A DNA stretch of 64,000 nt from Tubiluchus corallicola (taxonomy: Eukaryota; Animalia; Priapulida), in assembly GCA_030141605.1 (NCBI GenBank), contig JAQGDQ010000232.1:124001-188000 (forward strand), written 5' to 3'. The notes beneath the pieces were generated by a model that did not search any database, was not told where the DNA came from, and saw only the letters and a list, made by a program, of their open reading frames with translations. The first letter of the stretch is position 1; each line of letters starts with the position of its first letter. The position numbers and the translations under genes were made by a program. This document shows, piece after piece, positions 53,264 to 64,000 of the stretch.

Positions 53264-56200
53264 TATTATTACACTACATGTAGCAGGTATCTGAAAATAG
53301 CTTATATTATTGTTTTCGACTTGTTATATAATGTGTCATCCTGTCGCTGTGTCTGTATACTTAAAAGCTGACATTTTTTCCTCTTTTCAATATTTCAGTA
53401 GTATTTAAAATTAGTTGAAAAACAAGTTGGCTACAAGAAACTCATTTTAATTATTAATTTGAAAACAAGCTAATGCACTTGACACTTGCCGGTTGTTACA
53501 CTTTGATCTCCAAACCTTGACTAAATTACAACTGCTAATTAATAATGAATACTTTTTTATATAGATTATTAAATTATGTATGTAGTAAATGATGTAGTGT
53601 CCATGGAGAATCTATACACAAATGTTATATATACAAAGTGTCTATACACGAATGTTATACAACCAGAAATTTCAATGTAGCTAAACGAACAAGTTAGAAT
53701 AAACGGCCGTACCACTGACTAAATGAACAAACAAATAAAAAGACGAATAAACAAACAGACAAGCAATAAAACAAACGAAGGAGCAGAGGAAAGAACAAGC
53801 GAACAAAGAAATGAATGAAACAGCTAGCGAGCAATCCAACAGGTTAACGAACATAGGAAAAAAAGAGGAAAAAATGAGGAAAAAGAAATGAAGGAATGAA
53901 GGAAGGAAGGAAGGAATAACAAACGAACAAATAACAAACGAATGAATAAACAAATTGGTAAACGAATTAATTAGTTAACTGATTAGAGACTGATATAACA
54001 AATAAACAAATAACGAGGAAATAATTAATCCTCTGGAGTTTCGCTGCTTTATTTCCGACTATTGGTAATTTTTTAGTTTTTTCATTCGTTGGTTGGATCA
54101 TTCATTCATTCACTCATTCATTCATTCACTTATTCGTTTATTCACTGTTTAAATCACATTCATACATGAATGAAGGAGCCAACGAACGAATGACGAAAAA
54201 TCGGTAGTCGGACTTAAAACAAACAACTGTACTAAGCAAGACGAACTTCAATTTACGTCAATCAACTTATACTTCATTTTTTTCCAAAAGAATTTAATTT
54301 AAAGGCGACCTTGACTAACCCCGTTTTGAAAGATTGTTTATATGTTGTTGACTAACGTGATACCATAAATTTTTTATTACTCAAGCATACCTATTATTTA
54401 GCTCATGTCGGGTAAATCGTTAGCTGTAATTTAATTGCTAGTAAATCAACAGCAGTTACAGGTGAAACAAAAACGTTATTACAATTACTGACGTAAGCTA
54501 AATAATACTACCTTCACTTTATTTTGTTCTAATCATTTTTATTGATATAACACTAGTGTGATATGAAGGGAAGCCCTTGGCGTTATAGTCTATGGTATTC
54601 TGTGACCAGTGCCGTTTTCAGTTAAATGTTGTAGCTATAAGGTATTCAATCAGACAAAATGACAGGGGGCAAAACAGACAGAGAAGCATACATAAAATGT
54701 GATAAACGCCAAATCAAAATTTTGATCATTAGATAAAGCTTGATATCCTGTTTTTGGACGAATAGATAATAACGGTACATTAGAATTCTTACCCCGTTAA
54801 ACCAATTTCCATGTGGTGAACACAATTATAGTACTGGTCGTTTTACCTCTATTACGTCTGAAGCTGCTTATTTTACGTCTCTAAGTAATTTATATATCAG
54901 ATTAACATCGCAATTAAATACTTAATTACGTGATAGTAAAATTACTTTTACTTACTTGCGTATTAGTAAAACAAAACAGAATACAAAACGTTTCAACTCT
55001 TCCAAAAGCGCTGGCTTGGACCCAAAATTTCTCTTGTCTTCTCGGCTAGCCCTTGCAGAGTGGTGTGTTGCCTTGAATAATTTTGTGGAATCAGCGACTT
55101 CGTTGTTGGAAAATAATTGTTCTGAATCAGAAGCTTGTCTCCGCTCAGACTGACAAATGCATGACAACTGCTAAGCCTTTATTATTTACCACTCTTCCAG
55201 TTTGGACAGCTAGTATTCAATTATTAACATTCTTCTATCATCTATGTGCTTATTGCAAGCAATGATTATTACTCTGTTTCGAGAGTTTTGACAGAAGTTG
55301 TGGTGCGTGGTGCTGCGCAGTGTTGCCAGGTGACACAACGCACAGAGAAACCCACAAGGTTTTAAAGAAGCCCACACTTTCATTGATTGCGCAAAGCTGC
55401 CAACAGGACCATGTTTAGAGAATGCAGCAAATAAACAAAACGTCAATGTTACTTACATCTAATCTAATACATCAAAACGACAGTGTTAGTAACATCTTAT
55501 ATAATACATCCGATTGTATTCTATTTTCAAAAATTTAAGCCTACAATTCAAATTCATTAAACAACTACCTGTCAAGCCCTGACAAAAAGCTTTGATAGAC
55601 GAGGAACAAATGCTGATACTTTTGCCTAATTTTAATTGGTAAACTTGGGTTTAATTTATTTACTGACTTTTAACATGAATGTGCTATTGGTTTTACCATA
55701 TGCTTTAATTTGTGCTGAATTCTCTTATCCAAATTGCTTCAGTTGTATTATGATGATAATACATATTTTAGATGTTCTTTAAGTCATAGTTACATTTTTT
55801 ATCCAAAGCTGTCGGGTGGACTGTGTCCAAAATGCCCGCGTGATCCTTTAGTGAAAAGGGAGTTCTTGAAAACGGGGGTTAAAACTTTCTGGGTTCGGGC
55901 GTTTCACGCCTTCTTGTATCTAGGTCTAACTCTAACTATAGTCTAACTTCTACATAATTACGAAATACATGAGCTTTTCTCTCTATACCGCCGAGAGTAA
56001 GGCATGTTACTTCATATACTGTAAACCTATATGTATGTATAATATTATATTTTATGGTAATTCATATATTATAGGATAATGCGTGGCCACGAGTTGTTTC
56101 ATGAAAATAAAATTGGAATCAGAAACACAGTCGAGTGTCTACGCATTATTTTATTTGAATCATTTTTATAAAATACCATAAAAATCGTGCTTTAGATGTA

Positions 56201-56756
56201 CAAAAATAGAACACCACTGTGTTTTACTTTATGTTGTGTCTGCATTTATTCATATTGGAGTTTTGTAATGAAAATGATCATAATTTTTGTGTAATCTGTG
56301 AATAGACCCAAGTTCCAAACCTCAATGTAAAGTTGTAGGACGTGAACGTGTTTTAAATTACATTGTGCAGGAGAATGATTTTGTTATTGTGATTTTTAAC
56401 GAAAACCGATTAGTGTCATTTTAAATGGTCAGTAAACTAACTAATACTTAGTGTGAACTTGATTGAAAATTAACCATATTACGGCAACCGCATGGCAAAA
56501 CTCAGAACTGTAACACTTCAGACTGTAATTATGGAGGAAAAGCGGAATAGAAGGATTATATCAGTCAGTGCAAAAAATGTGTTCCACACGAGGAAAATAG
56601 CAGAATCGCTTGAAAATTACTACATTGATGTTACAAACATTTATGTGTTAACAGTCAAAATGTTAGATCATTTCTTTAGATTTGTCCAAAGATACAGGTC
56701 AAACAAGTCAAGAAAATAAATGTTGGAACAAAATTTGTGTCACTAAATTAAAATTT

Positions 56757-56806
<50 letters not shown>
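56757..56806. repeat. (GA)n microsatellite
   Basis: Directly visible. Confidence 0.95.
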
Positions 56807-57869
56807 AAGTGGGTGAGTGAGAGAGACAAGAAGACAAGAACAAAGAGAGGCACAGGAAGACAGTAGGATAGAAGGAGCAAAAGAAAGAAAACGACAGGAA
56901 AACGTCAGCTGCGAAAGCTCAAATACTGAAATCAGAAGAGGAAAATTTTGGTAGATTGAAACGTCATGTCACTTTTGCTTTATTGACATCAAGTATTGAC
57001 ATTAATATGCATCAATTTGTAGGTCATATTGCGGTAACTGGGAAACTTTTAGTTTGTAGCGTCAGCTGGTTGGAGGAACGAAATAATTTATTTCGCACGG
57101 AGATCACAAGAATAAGTAGATTGTAAAATCAAAATTTTATCAAATAACCTAATATTACTCGTTTTTCTCATTGTTGAGAAAAATAACACACATTATCCTC
57201 TTGTTATGCTCAATTCTATTCCGCGCTCCTCTCATTCTCTGTTATATTGTGTTTCTATTCGCTATAAATAACTACTTTTGAATGTAACCTATAATAGTTT
57301 TAATTGTAAATTTGCCTTCAAATAGCTACCGCCAAAAAGTTGTATGTGCAACTGCATTTTAACCGAGCACTTTACTTTTCATTGATCATGATAATAAAAA
57401 CATAATGTTATATGCATAATGCATATGTGTAACTAGTAGAGACTGACAACAACAATTATTATTATCGCTTTATGAAACGCATAATACAGTGATTGAAACC
57501 AACATGCCCACTTGATAGGCTTCGACTGAGAGTAACATTAGTGAACCGAAATTAAAACCGCACACTTGTTTTTGAGAACTCATCACTGTGTCCTAGCTTT
57601 TAGCCACTTTTTTGGCACTTAGGTAGTAGGTTAGTATAGTTTTTCTGTGTATTATTGTCATAATTTCACGGTTTAATAACAATAACCTTTAGAGGTAGTG
57701 ATGTTAGTCGTTATTGCACACTTGACTGCACAGACAGGACACATGGTGCCATCCATTAAGAAAACTGAGTGAACAACAAACGTCTTTCACTTGGATTCGT
57801 GACTTCGTTTCTCGTTCTTCGTTTGTGACACTGTTTTCAGGGAACGGAGAGAGGTGGCAAATAATCTTG

Positions 57870-59645
57870 TTATACAGGGTGTCCGTCAGGTGTAAGGCCC
57901 TTGAAGGAAAACGTCAATAACCAACCTGAAAATGAAATCAGTTTTAGTAAAATTTACACGGTGCGCATCAGAATTTTACGTTGGCGTGAGACTCGAATTT
58001 CTAAATTTTTAGGACCTTCTTAAATACAATACGTTAGATCAAAACAGTTAGGGACGGCTTCAAAGAATGCTGTATGTATCGCACGTTACTCAAATTAATG
58101 TACAGTATATTTAATACAAAGAATACGTGTTAAGAATGCATGTGTTGCCATGTGTTGATAAAATTTGCAGACAATATTAAAGGTAACGTTGTCGCATTTA
58201 TCTTTTTAAAACATTTCTAGATGTAAGTGAAAACAATTTATTCTTCACAATGCTTCAAAAGCTATTTGATTGTTTCGATAGCTTGCACTGCTTTCATACT
58301 GTGTTCTGTAAGAAAGTTTTTTGTAATGTATACGTCTTGAAAAGTAAATTATTTGGGATTATATGGCTTATAATGCCAGCTTTTATTGAAGGTTTAAAGA
58401 GGAAGGAAAGGATATATTAAAGTATGTTCCAAGACACTTTCCACACTACATTATTTAGCATTTGCTTACCTGCTTAAAAGACATATGTAACTAGAGAAGA
58501 AAATTATTAGTAATTTAAAATGTTCGCGCCCAGTGGTAAAACGTCGCAGCAGTGTGTACCGCTGGCTCACCAAAAACGAATTTTTAATCTTATTGACAAG
58601 ACATAGTAATTTATATTTTTGCTTAGTTAGTGAAATGTGCGCTACGAAAGCTGTGATTATTTTTTCAAACTTTGTCCAATGTTATGTAAACTAGTTGCGA
58701 ACGACTTACCGTTAAAACGTGCGATTAACGGTTATCGCGGGAGTTTCAATTTACAAGTTTATATGTTGTTACTGCTAACACAAGTCTGTGCACAGTAAAG
58801 CAGTATGTGGGTGATACAAAATTTCCAGACAAATGTTTTAAAGGAAAACTGGATAATTTTTCGTATCCTATCCCATTAGATCTTTAACAACGCCAAAGCG
58901 TTTCTGGCAGTTAAATAATAGATTAAAAACTTAATTAACAGCAGGCGAATGCAACTAGTGAAAACATCGCAAATGAACATAATTTTCAACAGCACAAACA
59001 TTCCTCGATCGTGTTACACGTGTTTGCAAAGGCGAAAATGGAAGTACAGTGCTACTGTACAACATTCAGGGTGATATTATACTGATATACAAAAATTCGG
59101 CAAATTTAAAGTTTAAAATACAAATTTCCGTTCTGCGAACTCCCGAACGTGTGCGTGCGTCACAACTGAACACCTCATAACTGAGAAGTACAGCACCTTT
59201 TCTTGTACAACAGATTTCCGAGATGCAGGCGCTAGTGCCTAATTAACTTGTGAATAGCGAAATGCATTAAACAGCGAAGAACTAGCCAAGCGAACGTGTA
59301 GTTAAATTTCTGTGGTAATAATTCTTTCACGTAAGCCATTCTTGAAAAAATATCATGTTCCTTTTCAATGTTTTATCGGGTATAGCTATAGTTTTGAGCT
59401 ATAGTTTGAGATGAGTTCTGATTTTCCTTTTAAGCTTTATTTATGAGCGTGTTCTGTTGCTCTTTAAGTGAAATGTATCTTAAATTAATTTATTAGAAAC
59501 ATTGAAACGGTATAAATGATATTTACAGTAGAAGCGAGAATGTGTTCTACTAAATGTTTGTGTAAACATTGCCAAAAGAAAAAACAAACAAACAAGCAAG
59601 CAAGCAAATAAATAAACAAACAGCCAGCCAGCCAGCCAGCCAGCC

Positions 59646-59686
<41 letters not shown>

Positions 59687-62600
59687 AACAAACAAACAAA
59701 CAAACAAATAAACAGATAAACAAACAAAAAGTGAGCGAGGAAGATAACGACCAAGAAATAACTTTGATACATATAGAACAACGATGTACAAATGATGGGC
59801 TGCTGACTTAATTCGGTAGTTAATTCACTAAAAAAAATTAAGCCAGTGTAGCGCCTGACAAGGTCTTACCTATGAAAGTAAAACCAGCCATTAGGCTGAA
59901 CATGCCGAACCACCCAAGTACGTCTGTCAATGTTGAAGACAAAACGGCTCCTATAGGTGACGTAACAGCCTGCAAAAAAGATGGCGCTACAAAAATAGTT
60001 AAACAAACAAATGTAAATTAGACAAGAAAAAACTTTAGGTCTAGTACACCGACAAATTATAGCGGTGAAAATCCAAAAATTATTAAAGTTTAATCATACT
60101 AAAGCAGTTTGCTAATTATACGGAATCAGTTTATCAAGACTAGCGATAAACACGATTACAACAGCGCTAAAAGGATTGAGATTACAAACTGTCATTGCAA
60201 AACTTACAGCACCAGTGAAAATGAGACCAAAGTTGACACCAAAGTATTTGCTTCCAAACAGTCGACTAGTTGCAGTTGGAAACAGGGAAAAGTTTCCAGA
60301 AAATGACAGATATATTGCACATATCCAGATGAGAAACATTGCGTTTCCTCCATACGGAGTGGTGATTAATGTGAAAAGGAAAAACATCATGGAGACTTCA
60401 AGACAAAGCATGCACGTCTGAAACAAGTAGAAAAAGATCCGTTCAGATTAATAATTCAGGTATTAGATTAATAATAAACTAATAAGAAATTTCAATTTAG
60501 AAACCTTATTTTTACTTATTAACTATTAAGTATGTTAAAGACTAGGATTATTAACACATATAAAAATACTATTTTAGATATTTTTCGTAAAATACAATGA
60601 TTAGTATTTCTTCTAGGATTTTGGCAAGAAGAATTCTCTTATCATCAAGAAGTCTTGTTCGAACGCTTCTTACATTCCAAAGGCGGTTAACAAAAAATTC
60701 TTCTGCCACACTTGCACAATTATTTTCAGTGTAAGAGTGCCTCAAGTGTGATTTTTGTTGCAATTTGAAATTAACCCAACTTAAGCTATCGCCATCTTCT
60801 CAATCCTAAATCACGGACTTCTTAAGAATTATTTTTTTCTATCTGTGCGCGTTCGTGCGTGCGTGCGTGCGTGTGTATAGTTTTGGTGATTTTGTGTCTA
60901 ATCACCACATAACTACCTTAAAAGATCCGAGGATTTCTTGTCTGAACTTACAATATAAACACTTGCATTACATTGACTGATCTAACTGTGTGAATGATAG
61001 TTGTTTACGGTGTTGCCTTTCAAATCGGCATCCAGTGGGATCAGTATTGTACTCGGCGACCTTTAATAGGTGGTTCAAGGTCAAAAGTCAATTTCAATAA
61101 AGAGCTCGACTCTTCATTCTTTATAGCGTGTACAAACCGAGTAACAGGTTTTAGTGGGGTAATGCTTGTAGTCAGTCAGTTAAGCGGTGAGTGAACTGCT
61201 ATGTTCACTGAAAAACAACTAAACTAACCGAATCGGAAAAAGAACGGCCAAAGTGGCACAAATCAGAAGTCAAAGCTTACAGAAATGTAGGTCATCAAAT
61301 TTGAGTACGCACATATAAATTCTTATGTGTATACACGTTTACAAAATTTTATTAACTTCTCTGTCACAAAATATTTTCGATAATTTTTATAATAAAAAGA
61401 AGAAATTACTACTTACGCGAAACGTGAATTTATCACATAGAAGACCCCACAGAATTCTTCCTGCACAGTTACAAACTGAAGCGAATGAACCGACTAGAGC
61501 TAAAAACTTATCATCAGGTATGAATGTTTGACCATACGCCTGAAAGCACAGAATCGTGTAGGCAAAAAAACAGTGCAAATTAAGCCTATATTTTTTTCCA
61601 ACAGTTTTTTTGCTACGTCAATAATATACAATTAGACTTAAACAATTCTGGCGCTTTTTGCAATTTTTATTGGACTATGAGATAATTTTGGTATGAAATA
61701 AAATATGGAGCTAACAACTTTTTCAGACTAGCACGAAACAAAAAAATCTACTTTTTTAATTTCTTCATAAAATTAACTTTGCGGAGTGGTTTAACTCTGT
61801 TTATTTTTCAGGCGTCGATGACGTAAGAAGGACGTCATTGCACGTCAGAAATAATCCATAAATTATCGCCGCGTCCGGTGTTAGCGCATATCCGCTCCAA
61901 TGCGCACCCATATATTATCAAAATATGAATGCGCTGACGAACATTAAATAGGTTGCATGGTTTCTTATCTTTGACAACTAATCGGAAAACTTCATGACTT
62001 AATCGTCGTTTAAATTAAACCTTTAGAAACACTTTGGATACCCCCGAAAGCACCACGCTAAAAACTCCCATAAAAACTGTCAACTAGGATTCGATTTTTT
62101 TCTTTACGTTTTTCTCGGTGAAAACACTTGGTAAAAAATAATAAGCTTTAACACAGAATTTCATAGGCTTTCTACTCCTTACAACATGGTAAAGTTTGTT
62201 GCAATAATCGTAAAACTTGCAGGTGCGCATTAGACCGGACACTGGCGGTTGGTTGGTGGTAGGTAAATTTTACTGATTGTTTTTCAACTACAATTTATTT
62301 AATATTAGCCATCATTGGTTGATATTTAGTATATACACATAGTATAGACAAGAATTCTACCTTCAAAACCACAGAACGATATGCCTAAATGAATGTTCTA
62401 AGAGCGGTAAGGGCCGCAATGCTTAGGTGCGAGCTATGACTAGACGGCATGCTATAATTACTAATAAACAGATCATTTCACTTGTAATATTTGTGCTTGA
62501 AGGTGATCGCAGTCGATGTAATTTTTTTTATTTTGCTGTACTTACATAATACTAACTTTTATTACCAAGTGACTTGCATTATCATAACTTTGTGAAGAGA

Positions 62601-63207
62601 CTTATGAAATGATGTTGTAAGAATTAAGACTTAAAAACGTCCCATGCAGTTTAGGGGCAATATTAATACCTGTCGTCCTCTCAAAGTCACTAAACATTCC
62701 AAATTTCGATACTGTTGAATTTGAAGTTAAATGGGTTGAAATTAAATGGATGGAAAAAGGACAGTTGAGAAACAAAAATGTTCAGCATTTTGTTGCGGTA
62801 AATATTAGTTACAGGAAACCAGCTTCAAATGTTTTTCTTTCTTGCTAATGAAAGCCTCGTGCTATTGCTAATGTACAGCCACAGCATCCACATGCATTGT
62901 TTACAGCGTTTGTTTTGCCATCTACTAGCTGATTATTTAACTAACACAATAATGCACAAACAGCTTAATGCAACATGTGATAAAATTCATCTAAGCATTT
63001 GAAGAAATTTACCTTGTAAAGCGTTGATATGAACAACACAGCTTGATCATTCAGCAAAAATATAAGCCATGCTGTCCAGAATTCTCTGGTCTTTAGCGCC
63101 TGTTTTGGATGAATAAAAAGACCTTCATGTAGTTCTTCGTCTAAAGCACACAATCTGCTGCTCAGACTAGGTCGAGCTCCGGCTCTAACTAATGGAGTTT
63201 GTTCGGC
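57870..63207 (-). CDS. MFS transporter (oxalate:formate antiporter / MCT-like), C-terminal half; complement(join(57870..57925,59870..59969,60208..60417,61417..61539,63013..63207)); upstream exons not identified in the window
   Basis: GT-AG exons with phases 0,0,0,1. Translation: ..HPKQALKTREFWTAWLIFLLN..ISTLYKAYGQTFIPDDKFLALVGSFASVCNCAGRILWGLLCDKFTFR (MFS motif-A-like) ..SGNFSLFPTATSRLFGSKYFGVNFGLIFTG..LGWFGMFSLMAGFTFIGWLLTFSFKGLTPDGHPV*. The substrate cannot be determined from this. Confidence 0.9.
58488..58834. repeat. Dispersed repeat, copy 2 (homologous to 18323..18690), in the last MFS intron
   Basis: Collinear similarity to 18323..18690 in the same orientation. Confidence 0.75.
59581..59728. 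repeat. Compound tetranucleotide microsatellite (AAAC)/(GCAA)/(GCCA)/(GACA)/(AAAC)
   Basis: Directly visible; intronic. Confidence 0.93.
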
Positions 63208-63475
63208 CTAAAATAAAAAATACAGCTCATTAAAACGAACTTTTATAATTTGTTACGAGAGTTATATACTTGAAGAACTGAAAAACAGGCACAAAAGTTT
63301 TTCTCTAAATGCAAGACTGGGATGAGCAAAAACATATTTCACGTAACTACTAACTAGTTCATGTAGGTAGGTGGGTGATCAAGTTGATAGGACCTAAGTC
63401 CACTCCTAGAAAATGTGAAGATGAAAGACCTAAGCTTTGTTCAAGCGAAAGACTTCCGCTATTTCATTCCAACAA

Positions 63476-63548
63476 AACCTTGTTGGCTCAGCGTGTAAAG
63501 CACCTGCTTTGTAAGTAGGAGACACCTTATTCAAGTTCTTGTCCTGGA
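63476..63548 (+). pseudogene. tRNA-Thr(UGU)-like relic or tRNA-derived SINE head
   Basis: A-box-like TGGCTCAGCGTG; intact anticodon arm CCTGC-TTTGTAA-GTAGG (anticodon TGT); degenerate B-box ATTCAAGTT. The acceptor and T stems do not pair, so it is unlikely to be functional. Confidence 0.5.
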
Positions 63549-64000
63549 AATATTTTTGCATTACTTTCGCTTCGTTCCAGTCACAGGAAATCAGTAGCTT
63601 AATATGTTCTTTTTACGACCCAAGAAATATATGACTAGCACATACACTACATGTTTTTTTTTGCTAAAAGCATTGAAAAGCTGAAACAGTAATTTAAAAA
63701 AAAACGCTTAAAATCGTTTATTAATCACGTTCTGGAAGAGTGTTCTTTTAATTTTTCAATGTTTTTTCGCCTCAAATAAGATACACATGCAGCCTTGCAC
63801 AGGGACGTTTTTATAGTCTTACGAATTCAAAATTTAAAAAAATCATTTTGTTTGTTATAAAAAAGATTAGTTGCCTTTTTATACAGTTTGACATTCAACA
63901 GGTTAGCATCCACCACTCACAACAAGGCGTACTTAATGTAGACGGTGAGGGCGGGACAGGAACCCAAATAATTACCTAAGTTAACTTTCCAATATGATAC

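Noticed and set aside
54952-55167. 71-aa ORF containing RR/KR sites as a third neuropeptide
   Set aside because: Starts at TTG, has no signal peptide and no G-K/R amidation motif. Better explained as a non-coding leader exon.

Overview
AT-rich, intron-rich animal (invertebrate-type) genomic DNA, not prokaryotic; most ORFs in the supplied track are spurious or exon fragments. Left: 18 coding exons (first truncated) of a V-ATPase V0 subunit a gene on + (<1..16482). Right: the last 5 coding exons of an MFS transporter (oxalate:formate-antiporter-like) on - (57870..>63207). Between them is the main result: a tandem pair of secreted neuropeptide-precursor genes on the - strand that encode related G-x-x-F-amide (SIFamide/SMYamide/NLP-10-like) peptides. 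Gene A (25574..25205 joined to 21992..21682, 226 aa) is a multi-peptide precursor (GMPIHGSIFa, APIQASPFa, FQGAIFa, (R)IYGSMFa); the ORF track reads its second coding exon in the wrong frame. Gene B (28119..27712, 135 aa) carries one peptide, LPVLQQGGVFa, followed by a duplicated C-X6-C module. I found no convincing coding exon between about 28 and 57 kb; this stretch may be one long first intron. The window also holds several MITEs (hAT, Tc1/mariner, PIF/Harbinger), a near-perfect 1.25-kb tandem duplication, a 32-bp minisatellite, microsatellites, a tRNA-Thr-like relic, and a repeat pair that shows position-dependent CpG decay. All coordinates were read by hand and no database searches were run.
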